Of a stretch of DNA of 44,256 nucleotides, positions 1 through 13,653 are shown in pieces. Source of the DNA: Jimgerdemannia flammicorona (lineage: Eukaryota); assembly GCA_003990765.1 (NCBI GenBank), contig RBNJ01000070.1:1-44256 (forward strand), in the 5' to 3' direction. The notes beneath the pieces were generated by a model, which did no database searches, had not been told where the DNA came from, and saw only the letters and a program-made list of their open reading frames with translations. The position numbers were made by a program, and so were the translations under genes. Each line of letters starts with the position of its first letter. Position 1 is the first letter of the stretch.

Positions 1-9
1 AAAAAAAAG

Positions 10-63
<54 letters not shown>
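1..63 (+). repeat. Poly(A) tract, probably the tail of a non-LTR retrotransposon inserted into the 5' LTR of element A
   Basis: A-run directly abuts sequence matching the interior of A's 3' LTR (~15273 onward), where no poly(A) exists. Confidence 0.6.
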
Positions 64-68
<5 letters not shown>

Positions 69-214
69 ATCACTCACAGATATCCAGCTTTGACTATTAT
101 ACCACTAAATACCAAGAACATTTTGTTGCTTTTGACAAAGTAACTGGGGGCTTAAGCCAAACTATATTAACCCCCAATCTTGTAATTTGCTTCTATTGAG
201 TCAGGCATATTATA
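64..214 (+). repeat. 3' end of element A 5' LTR
   Basis: Direct repeat of the end of the 3' LTR (tcaggcatattata vs tcagatatattaca). Confidence 0.9.
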
Positions 215-216
215 TT

Positions 217-233
217 TGAGGGCTCAACTAGGA
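217..233 (+). promoter_or_regulatory. Primer-binding site of element A, tRNA-Pro-like (decayed)
   Basis: TGAGGGCTCAACTAGGA 2 nt after the LTR end; matches element C PBS TGGGGGCTCAACTGGGA apart from two G>A changes. Confidence 0.75.
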
Positions 234-782
234 AGATTTTAAAAAAAATTGATGTGACTTTTTAGCTCATAAGAACCCACAGTCAAACTGGATATATTTG
301 ATATAACACCAATCTCTGCCACAACAGAAGAACTAGTTATTACCAGTATTTGGACAGGAAGAGAAGTAATCACCTTAAGACTTACCAACTATCCAATATC
401 AGAAGGATCTCAATCAGAAACCAGTATAGCCCAAAATCCTCAATCAGAGCAACTAGACAACATAGGTAGCCCTGCTAGAGATCTTGAAGAACTTGCACAA
501 GAACTAGAAGATCTCATTACATAAGTCTGAGATCTTACAACCAGATACTCCATATCAGTTCCACCAATTTTTCCCAAAGAATTCTTATCACTAGCTCTTG
601 TAGAACTGGAAGTAGCTCCTATAAGAATACCTAAACTCATTCTACTTCGTCCAAGGTCCAGAACACTATCCTCAAGATACCCAAGCACTCCTATCTCTGG
701 TAATAGTTCAGAAAGTGAATCAGAGTCAGAATCTGAATCAAAATCTGGACCAGAACCAGAATTAGAAGAAAGTGATGATGAA

Positions 783-3700
783 ATGGCCATCTTACTACTA
801 ACTTTTACAGGATATCCAGAGGAAGACTCCAGAGAATTCCTTGATAGAATTGAAGGAATTGCATTCCTGAAGAATCTCTCAGATAAAAGAAAAATTACCA
901 TCTATAAGACCTAGCTCAGAGAATCAGCCAGAGGAATTTTCTACCAAACAGCAAATAACCCATATTCAGAACTGATGAGATAGATATAAGCAGCAGCATA
1001 TTATGAGCTAGAATATGTAGCCATGGTCTACTGACTTATTGAAAAATATACAGAAAATGAAACCCACTACAAGGCTTAAGAATCTATCATAGGAATGAAG
1101 ATAAATTTTGGAGAATCACCTAGAGCCTTCTTTACAAGAATCCAGAAGATAATGTATACAGCTGAGTTCAATGCTACTAACCAGGACATCATAGGTCCAA
1201 TGACCTTCATGAATAGGATTCCTCTGAACATTGCCCAGCATGTCCATACCCTAGGCATCAGAAGGTCTGAAGAGCAAGTAGATGCAGCCCAAGAATTCTT
1301 TGATATCAGACAAGGAACTACCTCTACCTAGAGTGACTATGATAAGAAGGAGGACAAAGAAGACATCCTGGTCAAAGTCCTATAAGGACTCCTCCAAGGA
1401 CAAGAAAGATCTGAAGAAAGAAGGCCAGCCAAGGAAGGAAAGAAGGACAGAAGTAAAATCCAAGACCTCAGCTCCAAGTTGGACTAATTGGTTGGGCAGA
1501 TTGAAAGACTTACTATATATAAAAATCAGAGTTATCTAGACAACAGAGGATACCCACCTCAGAGGAACCAGGGCTATCTGCCCAGAGATAATAGGAGCTA
1601 TCAGCAAGAGGAAAGAAGATACTCTGTCTAAGATAGAGTCCAAGTCCAATATTTCTACTATGGACAATTCAGACACTATACTACTAAATGTGACAACAAA
1701 AAAAATGACTGAAGGGATTCAGAACCACCAAACCAAAGGAATGAAACTCAGTACAAGAAGACTGAAGCCCATTCTGTTGAAGATTTTGAAGAAGTAAGCA
1801 ACAGTGAAGATTATAGTGACCTAGACTTATACTCTACCAAGGTTACCATCTGAAAAACAGTCTACCCAGCAGAGAAAAGAAAGAGACCTATAGGAAGACC
1901 ATCTAGGAATATCAGCAGAAGAATTATCCAAGAGGAAGATGAAGAGCATAAAGAAGAGCAAGTAGAAACAGCTCTCTGGACCCCCTCACCAAGACAAATG
2001 AGCTGCTACCAGAGGATGAAGAAATGGAACAAAAAGAATGGGAATCTGCTGCCCCAAAGCCTAAGAAGAAGTATACCCCAAAGACCATGCCTAGAGATAT
2101 CTACAATGAAGCCTGGTAGAAGATTCAAGAAGCCAAGATAGAGGTTTTCCTTCTGCAGTTTCTGCAACTGACACTAGCTAGAGTCTGAAATAAATTACTG
2201 AGAACCACTAGGTCTAGCACTGGCTGGATCCCCATTCCACAGCAAGAGCCAGCTTCCATTCCTATCTAAGCTGCAGAAAGACATATCAGCACTTACCTAC
2301 ATGGAGATATTGAAGGACAAAAGGCGAAAATTCTCATAGATACAGGAGCAGCTATTTGTATCATTGCCAAGCAATTCCTGAATACCCTCTAATGGTCCAT
2401 TGATGGACCATCCAACCTCAGCATCATAGTAGCAGATGGAGCCTGAACTCAACCTCTTGGAGAAGTATGAAATATCACTATTTCCCTTAGGCACATTCAG
2501 TTCTCTATCTCAAAAGCTGTTGTCACTGAAGCCATTATCTATGATATGATTCTTGGCACCAACTAGATGAAGGAAATGAATTTAGTTGTTGATATTGATT
2601 AACAAGCACTCAAGTTTGACTACTGAGGCAAGAAGTACAGAGTTAAGATAACTAGCTATGAGTAATCAAAGAAGAAGAAGGTTACAATCCAGAAGGAATA
2701 TACCAGTAGTAAAGAATCTACTATAGAAGAGAAAGAAGAATCCAAAGATGAAAATGATCCCAGCCTCAATCCCCAAATTAACCTGGTGGATAACAGACCA
2801 GAAGACAATATATGGGTCAAGAACACTGTCTCCATTACTATTGGAGCCATTGCAGGAGAAATCAAAGGATACCCCATCTGCCTTAAGAAATATAAGTACT
2901 CTGAGCACTCTTCCAAGATCATCAGGACAAGAAACTCACCTGGCATAGCCTGCCCTGAGTGCAGAAGAAAGAAGAAGAAATGCAGACATATTCCAGAGAT
3001 ACCTGCAGCTGAAGCTGCAGAAGTATAAGCAATTTGGGGTCAAGAATTGTCTGAGGAAGAAGAAGTTCTTAACTAAGAAGTTCCTGAACAAGAAGCACCT
3101 GAAGAAGAAGAGGTCTCTGAACTCATTCTCTGAGATAACTCTCACTGGACACCACCTGAAGATAATGACTCTTAGAATATAGAAGAAGGACCCAGTACAA
3201 TTCCCATTATTCCCAAGAAAGAAACTCACCAAGAAAGAGCTTTTCAGCTAGAAAGATACCCACCCCAAATGGTCTTCCACTCTCCCTGAGACTATTGCTA
3301 CTAGTGCCATCTACTTGACCAGCAAAAAAGACAGAGACCCCAAAGACCAGAACCCCCAACCATAGTCATACAGTCAACTACTTTCCAAGAAATTACCACC
3401 AGATTGCAAAGCCAATTTAGAGGACAAGGTTTCTTCACCCAAACAGAAGTATACCCATTATCTACCCTTCCTCTAACTTATGAACAAAATGGGTACCATT
3501 CCTGAAATAACAAGAAATCAACAACCAGGAGCATCATTTTTAAGTAATGAGATATTGTAACCATAGAAGACACCTAGACTATCAAGACTGCAGACATCAG
3601 AAGATTCACCTCAGTTATGATGTTGTAATCCACACTTTGAAGAGAAGAGATAACAGAGGCCAGATTCAAAAAAGCCAGATGAAGAAGCTAGGAAGAAGGA

Positions 3701-4707
3701 TCCTCAAGATCTATAATTTAGAAGAAGACATCCTAGCTCTCATCAGACATACAACCTGTTAAGGATAGATAGAGGATACTACTAACTTCATGGAAGCCCT
3801 AGACCCTACAGGAAGAAGAGAAATCAACTATCTCTGAGATTTCTCTACTGGAGCCAGATGGCCACACCTCAACCTCAGAGCCTAGAGACTCTCTGCTAGT
3901 GAAGCTTTAGCCCTAGAATATCCCAAACTCAGCAAGAATATTGTCCAGTATACCCTACTCCATCTCAAGGCCAAATCCCTGACTAAAGCCCACCTGGAAG
4001 ATATAGAATATAATCTTCACAGTCTGGAGAACAAATCTATCAAGCCCAAAAAAACATTCATGATCAGAACTAGACTAGCCATACAACCACCCCAAGGAGC
4101 TTACATCCAACTAACCTTAAGGTCTGGACTTATCAGATAAGGAATAACCATAGAAAGAGAAACCATTGACCCAGGATATATAGGTGAAATCAAGATCATT
4201 CTATACAACAGTAGTACAGAATGACACTAAATCATTAGAGGACAGAAGATTGCCCAAGCAGTTTTCATGAAGATCAAGACTCCACAATTACAAGAAGTCT
4301 CCAAATTGACTGAAGGAACAAGACAAGCCAAAGAATTTGGAAGTTCAGACAAGAAGGAAGTATATCTCCTTCAAGTCAATCATCTCAAGAGGAATACTCT
4401 CCAGCAAGTATACTACCAGCTAGTCAAACTGTACAAAAACCTCATCCTGGAGCCTGGAGAACAAACCACCTTTGAAATCTTTACACCACCTAACCCCAGA
4501 AACCTTTTCTTTAAACCCAATGAAGATATCCCATATCTGGATATAGAAGGACACACCTTCCCTGACAAGATGAACCCAGTATACTCCCAAGCAACCAACC
4601 AAAGTTGGGAAACCATCATCTTGCTGAAAGGAACCATCATAGGACATCTGGTGCCTTTTTTCAACTAAACTTATAGAGAAGTTTATGAACTAAACCTATC
4701 AGGAAAT
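783..4707 (+). pseudogene. gag-pro-dut: Element A ORF1: Gag capsid, zinc knuckle, aspartic protease, Cys/His-rich accessory block, dUTPase, dUTPase-like domain
   Basis: MAILLLTFTGYPEEDSREFL capsid start. Decayed knuckle YFYYGQFRHYTTKC (~1650-1690). ILIDTGAAICII (~2330). dUTPase remnants RSGL, IDPGYIGEIK, IAQ, EFGSS (~3940-4350). Confidence 0.85.
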
Positions 4708-4748
4708 GGCAAAAGGTCTCAGAAGAAAAGAAAGGCCCCTCTGCGACC
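4701..4748 (+). promoter_or_regulatory. Decayed -1 ribosomal frameshift signal of element A
   Basis: AGGAAAT at 4701-4707 (CpG-decay form of GGGAAAC) plus stem ggtctcagaag/cctctgcgacc; RT continues in the -1 frame. Confidence 0.7.
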
Positions 4749-6169
4749 CAGAAGATAATGAAGCCTTCCACCAACATTGGAGAAAAATTGATACTTCAAC
4801 AATGGCAACAACTAGTAAAACTCCTCAAAAAATATCAAGATATCTTCACCACTGATTATAGCAACCTACTATACAACCCATTATATCACTATAGCATAAA
4901 TATAAGAAATGCAATATCCATTTGACAGAAACTTTATAGAATACCCCATTACTTAAAAATATTCAAAAAGGAGCATATTTAAGAACTCTTAAACAATAGA
5001 ATCATCTGACCCTCTACCAGCCCCTGGGCCAGTCCTATACTTATTGTACTAAAGAAAGGAGGATGGAGACTCTGTGTAGATTACAGGAAACTCAATTCAG
5101 TCACTAAAAAGGATATCTATTTTTTGTCCATAATTGATGACCTCTTGGATCAGTTACAAGATATCAGATACTTCAGCAATATATACCTTTTTACAGAATT
5201 CCATGAGATCTCCATGGACCTCAAAGACATTCAAAAGACAGTCTTTCTTGCTCTAGGAAAACTGTTTGAATACCTCTGAATGCTCTTTGGACTTTGCAAT
5301 ATACCTCCCACCTTTCAGAGGATGATAAATTCAGTTTATATCCTCTTGAACCACTACTACCTGATTATATACATAGACAATTCTAACATCTATTTAGCAA
5401 ATTTTGAAGAATATCTGTACTACCTAGAAGAATTCAAGCTCATCTGCAAGAACCATCTGAGACTCAATATAAAGAAATGCTACTTCAGGAAACAGAAACT
5501 TGAATTTCTTAAATTTATAGTTTTGAAAGAAAGAACCCATGCAGACCTAAAGAAAACCAAAAAGATCAATAATTGACCAATATCCAAGACTCTGAAGGAA
5601 ACACTATCATTCCTGATACTAGTATCCTACTACAGAAGGTTTATCAAGAACTTCACCCAAATTGCTGTCCCAATCTGAGTTCTTCTCAAGAAAGAAGTAC
5701 CTTATAAATGGACAGAATCCTAAGAGAAAGCCTTCAAAGAACTCAAGAACTACATGACTACAGCACCAATTCTTGTATACTCCAATCTACAGAAGCCATT
5801 TATCTTATATATAGATGCTTCTAAAGATAGCCTAGGAGCAGTTCTAGCCCAAGAAGGGCCTGACCAACAATACCATATAATAGCTTATATAAGCTGAGCT
5901 ATCAAACAGCAGCAGATGAACTATGGTAGCATCAAACTGGAATACCTTGCAGCTATATGGGTAGTCACTCTGTTCAAGTATTATCTTATTGAAAAAGATT
6001 CACTCTGATCACAGACCATATAGCCCTCAAATGGCTATTCAACTATAAGGAATCTACTGAAATCCTGGCCTGCTGGATCCTTATCCTTCAGGATTACAAA
6101 ATCACCATCATCTACAAAGCAGGGAAAGCCAACAACAATATTGATGTACTTTTCTGTTAGCCCCAATGA
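4708..6169 (+). pseudogene. pol: Element A reverse transcriptase and RNase H
   Basis: SPWASP, RLCVDYRKLN, FGLCNIP, YIDN (decayed YIDD), YIDAS, ITDH. Confidence 0.9.
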
Positions 6170-6303
6170 ACCAGAAGAAGGGTGTCTCAAGGAACTATAC
6201 TCCAAAGGAAGCTCCTCAGACCATCAAGGCACAAAAAGATCTCATCTGAAAAGAACATCAGAAAGCTCACCAAGAACAAGCAAAAATAGAAGAAAAGTTG
6301 TGA

Positions 6304-6835
6304 CAAAGTGTCCTTCGCATGAAATGTATGTGAGATATATTATGCTAAATCGAGTGTGCTGATATAAGCTGGGTCGATGGGTTTGGTGAATATGGAAGCA
6401 TGTACTTCCCAGGTCTGCCATTCATATAAAGCAAAGAGGCTGCATATTTATTATTTCTCCTCCAAAAGGAAAGGGTGGAATGGGTTGCATAAACTGATTG
6501 CAGGAACTAACTAAGTATATAGGTATAGTCTATGTGCTTAATTGTTAAGATGTGACATATACTCAGTCGCTCAGGGGGATATTACATGTAATGCATACTG
6601 AAACATTGCTAAGCTATTTGTCACTGACATCTTGCCAGAGAACTGAGACTAGGCTAACATTGCATAAGAAACCACACAACGGGACCTGAGACTAAGCTAA
6701 GATTGCATAAGAAATGGTGTAGCAGGGAACTGATACTAAGCTAAGATTGTATAAAAGACCTGAAAGATTGTATGATAGTGGTTTTTTCATGGCTTCAGTC
6801 ACTTTGCCGAAGTTTGAGCTATGTTTATAACTCTA
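6304..6835. mobile_element. ~530-bp non-autonomous repeat, copy 1 (Helentron/Helitron2-like structure), inserted in A integrase
   Basis: Homologous to 15797-16317 and 16318-17791. Removing it restores the integrase frame without a TSD. Internal 3x ~43-bp subrepeat. Confidence 0.7.
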
Positions 6836-7129
6836 AAAAATATACCAATATTAGCCCAATCTCAGAATACAAGTTTAGAACATACTTAAGAAATATAATA
6901 CCTACCAGAAGTACTAAGGAAGGAAGAATTACCAAGTATCACTACAATTAATCACACCACCAAACAACATCTTTCAGAGATAGGGAGTAGATATAATTGG
7001 ACCTTTACTAGTTATACCAAGAAGAAACAAGTATATTCTTGCAGACACATCTTTCTCCAGTATCATTCAGGTTATACAACCTTTGGAAAGTACTTATAAC
7101 ATCGTTTTTGGAGAAAAGAGACTAATAAT

Positions 7130-9153
7130 ATGGTGACCGACAGGCAATCTGAGGTGCATATTGGGCAGGGTGGCCCAAGTGCTTTTGACTGGCAGCAGGT
7201 GGAGAGGGGTCCAGGCCTGGGGGGGGGCATGAGGGGGCTGCTGGTGGGTGGATATAGAAGGGGTGGAGGTAGTGGTGGAGGCCAAGGGTCTGGGAGGGCA
7301 AGCTTTGTGAAGATAGTGAAGGAGAGACAGCAGGCATCAAGGCTGGAGAGCTGGCTGAGGAAAGGCAAGGAGACCAAGAAGGTAGCAGTACATGAGAGAG
7401 TAGCCCTTGGAAGGGGGGGCAGTGGAGCTGAGAGAGTAGCAGCTGGGGGGAGTGTGACTGCTGATAGTAACAAGACTGCCAATCTGGAAAAAAATCCAGA
7501 TGTGACAGCTAATGGCGAGGCTGAGCAGCTGAGGCTTGGAAGACAAGGAGATTTGGTGGATGGTATGACAGGCCTAGCAGTAGCCCTGTTACTCAAAAAA
7601 TCGATCTTGGCATTTGTGGTCACACTGTGCTTCTGGGGCTTAGTGGTGATGGTGAAAATGGTGCTGGGGCTTATCACTAAGCAGGTGGTAGGAGCTGCAT
7701 CAATGAAGTTTTGAAGGGACTGGAGGGAGTGGAGGTGGGTTTTGAGGAGGCTGGGTCACTGGAGGAGGTACTGAAGGTTGGATTGGTAGTTGGAGAGGTA
7801 TGTGTTCTAATGGCACATTGCCTGAAGTAGGATCCCAGGGTGGTCCAACTGCTGGTGAAAGGAGTGTCCACGGTGATGGCAGTGGAGACAAGAAGGAGAG
7901 TTAAGGAAGTCATGGCAGAATATGGAGAAGTGGTGGATATCAGATTCAGGGTTTGGGAAGGGACCTCACTCAGGACTGGTGATGTGGATGTGAGGATTCA
8001 GCTGGCTGAGAAAGAAGCTACCAGAAAGGTGAGGGACTGGCCTTTGGTAATAGTCTGGGGAGTGATCTTGTGCAAGATGACTAGGGTGAAGGGAAGTGAG
8101 GAGGAGGAGGAGGATTTATTGGAAGTGCTAAAAGAGTTGAGTGGGGCTGTGGAGCAGCAAGCAAAGGCTTGGGAGGCTTTTGTAGAGTCGACACACTTGG
8201 AGGTGGTGGATGGAAAACAGATTCAAGTGGACGAGGAGCAGTGGGAAAGGGCTCAGGGGTGTAAGAGATAGAAGGAGCTACTGGCTAAGCTAGAAAGCAG
8301 ACCATTGAAGGATGTGAGCAAGATGAAGAGCACAGGGGGGACCAAAGTGAGTGTCTGGGCTGGTGAGGGGGGTGGGAAGGCTGGGAAGGCAATAGGGGAG
8401 GATAAGAAAAAGCCTGGTAATGACCCATATGCTGATGGTACAATGGAGGTTTGGGAGGTAGACTGGGAGGACTCCCCTACCCCTACCCCTCTTATCAGGC
8501 GAGGCCCAGCTTCCCAAAACAGGGTGGTGGAGGATGTGTCAATGCAGGGGGCCCAGAGGGTGCAATTCAGAATTCTAGAGGTGGTAAATGGGGGACAAGT
8601 GGTGGCAGCTGGAGAGGAGGAACTGGTGGATATCCTGGAGGTATGGAATGAGTCTGCAAGCACTGGGACTGATACCACAATGCTGGATAGAGGGAGGCCA
8701 GTAACTCTGAGTAGGAAGGAGATGGGGAACCTACTTTAGATGTGCCAGATAATGAATAACCTAGTAGCAGAAGAGTTGGGGGAGGTGGACTTGAGAGTAA
8801 TGAGTGATGAGCATTGGGTGTAGATACTGCAGGGAGATGGAGTGATGAAGGCATTGAAGGCAGAAATTCTTATAGTGTATCTGGAGGAGGAAGGGTATGA
8901 GGTGGATAAGGAGAGAGAGGCAGAGATAGCAGTCATTGCTGGGGAGAGGGCTGAATACTGCTGGAACAAGCATTATAGATTGCAGCTCTCGCAGGAGGCC
9001 TGCCTAGAATACCAGGAGGAGTTTGAGGAGAAGGCAAATAGGGAGATGAATAACCTGCTGACTGGATTGGAGGCTCAGAGGGCTGAAGAGGAGGAGGTGA
9101 CTGCAGAACATAATCTGGACATAGTACAGGAGGAGATGAACATAGAGCAGTAG
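7130..9153 (+). pseudogene. LINE ORF1 (Gly-rich N-terminus, RRM-like segment, acidic C-terminus), frameshifted
   Basis: LLVKGV...MAEYGEVVDIRF...RTGDVDV RRM-like pattern; position upstream of ORF2. Confidence 0.65.
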
Positions 9154-9171
9154 AGATCAATTGATAACATA

Positions 9172-12100
9172 ATGTATTTCATTATGAACAGTACAACCAA
9201 CATTTTTTCTTTAAATGTGAATGGGTTACAGGGCACTGCTAGATGTAGGAACATTTTTACTTGGATGAAGGGATTGGAGACCGATCTCTTCCTCTTACAG
9301 GATATCAGGTGTGAGGATGATTCTGATAGGATGGAATGGACAAAGAAATGGGAAGGTGTGGTGATTTGGAAGAGCAAGGTTGGGATTCTGGTTCAGAAAG
9401 GCAGAGGGGAGATAAGGGACATGAGGAGCTGGGGGGAGAGACTGGTATGGGGCAAGTGGATTCGTGCAGGCTGGGAGCCAGTTACTATTGGCTCCTGTTA
9501 CTATCCTGCTGTATGGAGTGAGCATGTAGATTGGGTGAAAGGTCTCCAGGAGAGTGGGATCCTTGCAGAGACTGAGGTGGATATGCTTGGGGGAGATTTC
9601 AATATGGTTCAGGATATACTGATAGATAGAATAGATGGAGGATGGAGTGCTGAGAGCAGGAGTGGAGGGCTGGCAGTATGGGAGGAAGTAGAAAGACTAA
9701 GTGCACTAGTAGAAGCTGGTAGAGAGTACTGGGGGGAAAGGTGGGTTTATATACATTAGGCAGGGGGCCTGGAGACAAGGATTGACTGGATCCTGACAGC
9801 CAGTTGCTAGGGCCTAGATGTTTGGAAATCACTGGAGGTGGAATGGTGTCTATGGTCAGATCATTGGGGGTTTTTGGGACAGGGGTGCTTTGGAGGAAGT
9901 GGGGATGGGCCTAGACATTGGTGCCTAAATTCCTCTTTGTTAGATGATAAAACCCAGTAGGATGAGTAGGCTAAAGACATTCAGCTGAGGGTAGAGAACT
10001 GGTGGTAGGAAGGTGCCTCAGTTGGGGTTTGGTGGATGAGGATGAAAGAGATGACCAAGATTTACTGGAGTGAGGCTGGCAAGGAGGCAGGGAAGCAGAG
10101 AAGGTGAAGAGTGCATTGGGCTTCTACTAGATTGGCAAGGCTCCTGGAGGAGTGGGTAAGGCTGATGATGCTGGTGGAAGAAGAAGATTGGAGATTAATG
10201 AGGGTGAAGATGGAGGTTGGGGAACTACAACAGGTGCTGTGGGAAGAGGAAGAGGCAAGGGTACAAAGCTTGGCAGCATAGCTTCATTGGCAGGATCTGG
10301 AGGAAGGAGAGAGACCTTCCAAGTTTCTTATGAGGGCCCTTAGGGCAAGAAAGATATAGCAATAGTGGGAAGGGGTACTTGACTCAGATGGTATACTAGT
10401 GCATGGTGTACAGGACATTCTTGGATCATTGAAGGAGCAATGGAGTGGATTGTGGAGTGAGGAGGAGGGTGGGGCAGATGCTGCTGCCATTGACCAAACA
10501 TTGGAGAATTGGTACCCACCACAAGTAGAGGGGCTAGATGATCTAGTGATACCTGTACAGGAGGATGAGATCCACTAGATTCTTGTCATGACAATACCAG
10601 GTATGGCACCTGGGGAGGATGGTCTGCCCTGGGACTTCTGGAAGTGAATGGTTGGAGTCTTAGATGTGATGAGAGAGATGATGGCATTGTGTGACTTTAT
10701 CCTACAGATAGGGAGATGGGTGGGGGAGCAGGATCTTAGGCTGGTGATGCTGCTTTATAAGAACAAAGGAAGGCATGAGGATTGGAAGAACTGGTGACCA
10801 ATAATGTTGCTAGATATGGACAGAAAGTTGGTGACTAAGGTGGTGGTTGCAAGGCTACAGAAGGTGGCCCAGCAAGTTGTGAATATTAAGTAGAGGGGAT
10901 TTGTAGGTGGTCAGCTCATTAGGGATGGCACAGCCTGGGTACATGGAGTTATTGAAGAGGCAAAGGCCTGTGGACTGAATGGGCATCTAGTCTTCTTAGA
11001 CCAGGAGAAGGCTTACAACTGGGTGTGATGAGTCTAGCTAGTAAAGGTATTGGATAGAATGGGAGTTCTATGCCAATTCTGGTCAGCAATAGTCAGCCTA
11101 CTGGAAGGGAGTAGGGCTGCACTCATATGTAATAGACATAGAGGAGTAGTATTCCCCTTGGGTAGGGGGGTACCCCAGGGGGGCCTGCTATCTCCCATTT
11201 TGTATGCTCTTTCCCTGGAACCCCTAATGGACAGAATTAGGTAGAGGATAGTGGGGCTCTATGTCTTTGACATTGGGTGGAAAGTTGGGGCCTTTGCAGA
11301 TGATATGGTGGTTGGTTTGGGATCGATTGCTGATGTCAAGGAGCTTAAAAAGACAGTGGAGTAGTATGAGGAGAACTCTGGGGCTAAGCTGAATTGGCAC
11401 AAGTGTGAAACAATGATGCTAGGCAACAGCCTGGTGAGAGGAGAGATTATAGGAACAATTGTCCCCACTGGTGAGGCAGTGCAGTACTTGGGCATCTATT
11501 TGTCAGTCTATGGGTCAGTTCTGCCCAGGCTTTGGTAGGAGCAGAGGATTGGAATCTGGGAGGAAGCCCTACAGGGTTGGGGGGGAAGACACTTCTCTCT
11601 AGCAGAGCAGGTCTTGATTTTGAATATCTATTGGCTGCCAAAGTTGTGGTATCTGGCTTATCATCTGGACTTCTCAGCCTAGGTGGTGAAGAGATTGATG
11701 AAGTTGACAAAAGGATGGATTTGGGCTGGCAGATGGAGTCAGATTGGCTGGGAGACCTTGTTCTTACCAGTGGCAAGAGGTGGTCTTGGGCTGGTTGACT
11801 TTCCGAAATAGCTACACTGCTTGAGAGCATGGTGGCTAAAGAGGGCAGTAGATTTGAGAGGAGGTGGTTGGGTTCCCCTACTGTAGAAGATCTGAGAGAG
11901 GCAGTTATCACCTAGAGGCTCAACTGGTGATCTCCTCTTATTGGTTGGACTTTGGAGCACTGAACAACTATAATATAAAGAATTTTTATGGGGAATAGCA
12001 GAAGGGGTATACTGCATTGGAATTTGTTGGCAGGAGAATGAAGGGGAGATGGCTTGGGACCCAGTGATATGGAGATGGGATCATATACTGCTGGGTGGTA

Positions 12101-12800
12101 CCTCTTTAATTGAGTTCGACATTGGAATGCCAAAGAGGACTGGGCCAGGATCTGTGGCCTAGTGGTTGGCAAGGAGTTGGAATTGGAGAAGAGTGGAACT
12201 GGTATAGTGTTTGGACCTGAAGTGCCACAGTGAGGAAGTGGATGCCACTGAAGTACTGAGTGGTCTGGTGGTGCATACTGCAGAGGAATGTAATGCTCAA
12301 CTTTTACTTGGGGCACCTTATCATAGGGAGTTGCTTTGACTGTAAGGAGTGCCATAATGTAGGGCAGAAAGGGGGTTATATACAGATGCCAGAACATTGG
12401 CTAGAAGAGTGTGAGGTATTGGGGGACTTTTGGTGGACCATTGGGGATCGCTTGTGGGTAAGGTATAGGGGAGATGATATATGGGGGAGGTGGGAGGACT
12501 TGAGAGATCAATTGGTAGGGGGGGTAGGAAAGGAGTAGCTTACTTTAGGCTGAGCTTTGGTCATTTGGGTGGGGCTGGCCAGTCACTGGCTATTTGTTTT
12601 TGAGGATAGGAGGAGACAGGGCTTGGGGGACCAGTTGTTGCAGTAGCATAGTCTTATGGAAGACACCTTGACAGGCTGGTGGCTTGGTTGGGGATGACAG
12701 GGTGGTTAGAGGCACTGCTTGATGGAGAAAATCTGTGGACAGAGTGGGGAGAGAGTTGGAGTAGTTGGTGAGAGGGTGATCTTTATTTATGAGGAGGTGG
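9172..12800 (+). pseudogene. LINE ORF2: AP endonuclease, reverse transcriptase, C-terminal zinc finger
   Basis: SLNVNGL, LLQD, GGDFN, RIDW, SDH; PGEDGLP, LDQEKAY, GVPQGGLLSPILY, AFADD; CFDC...EHWLEEC. End approximate. Confidence 0.92.
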
Positions 12801-12888
12801 GGAGGAGCTCCTCTATGGGGATTGGGTAGTGGGTGGTGATAATGTATACTTATTCATAGACTGGTAATAAAGACAGAGTCCAAGTGAC

Positions 12889-12919
<31 letters not shown>

Positions 12920-13653
12920 CAAGTATATTCTTATATTTATAGAACATCTGATCAAGTGGCCTGAGGCTTTTCCAATAGAAATCACAGATGTCTTAACCAT
13001 TGTAGGTCTTCTCCATAGACTTACACTCAGATATGGACCCCCAGAAGAACTCATCTCTGACTGAGATACAGAATTCGTCAACAATATAATTACAAGTTAT
13101 ATCTGAATTCACAAGATCTGCCTTAAATGAACTACATCATACCACCCCCAGACCAATGACATGACAGAAAGAATAAATCAGACTATCAAGAAAGAACTTG
13201 CCTGAGTCAATCCTACCAACTGAGATCTCTGCTTACCTGAGATCCTATGGGAAATTCAGAACACTCCTGCTGTTTCTACCAAACAAAAACAATTTAAAAT
13301 AATATTTGTCAAGAAAACCAGAACTACTGACCATGAGAATCTTGGAGACCTCCTTAAGAAGACAGAACAGTTACATAATCAGACCTGAGTTCAGATTACC
13401 AAAGCCCAAGAAAGACAAAAGAAGTACTATAACCAGAAGTAAAAGGATCAGGAGATCAAGATTGAAGATCAAGTACTAGTCTAGAGAAGCATGATTGAAA
13501 CAAACTTTGCTACCAAATTGGAGCCCAAATGAGAAGGACCTTATCTTATATATAATATCAGAGAGACCAGTATCTATTTAAGAAGTATAGATAGATGAAC
13601 TCTGAGAACACCAGTATACATCAATCATCTCAAGATATACCTCTCCCCACATC

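Larger units (their letters stand above)
7041..12919 (+). mobile_element. Full-length decayed LINE (APE-RT type, L1/Tx1-like)
   Basis: TSD caagtatattctt (7028-7040 / 12920-12932), AATAAA 12866, poly(A) 12892-12919, two ORFs. Confidence 0.95.

Noticed and set aside
440-901. 153-aa minus-strand ORF, and similar antisense ORFs over gag/pol and the LINE (e.g. 7072-7677, 29778-30296, 41614-42105)
   Set aside because: Shadow frames of sense TE coding sequence with low-complexity translations
7560-7714. Hydrophobic TM-like end of ORF 7130-7714
   Set aside because: Probably out-of-frame translation near a frameshift in LINE ORF1
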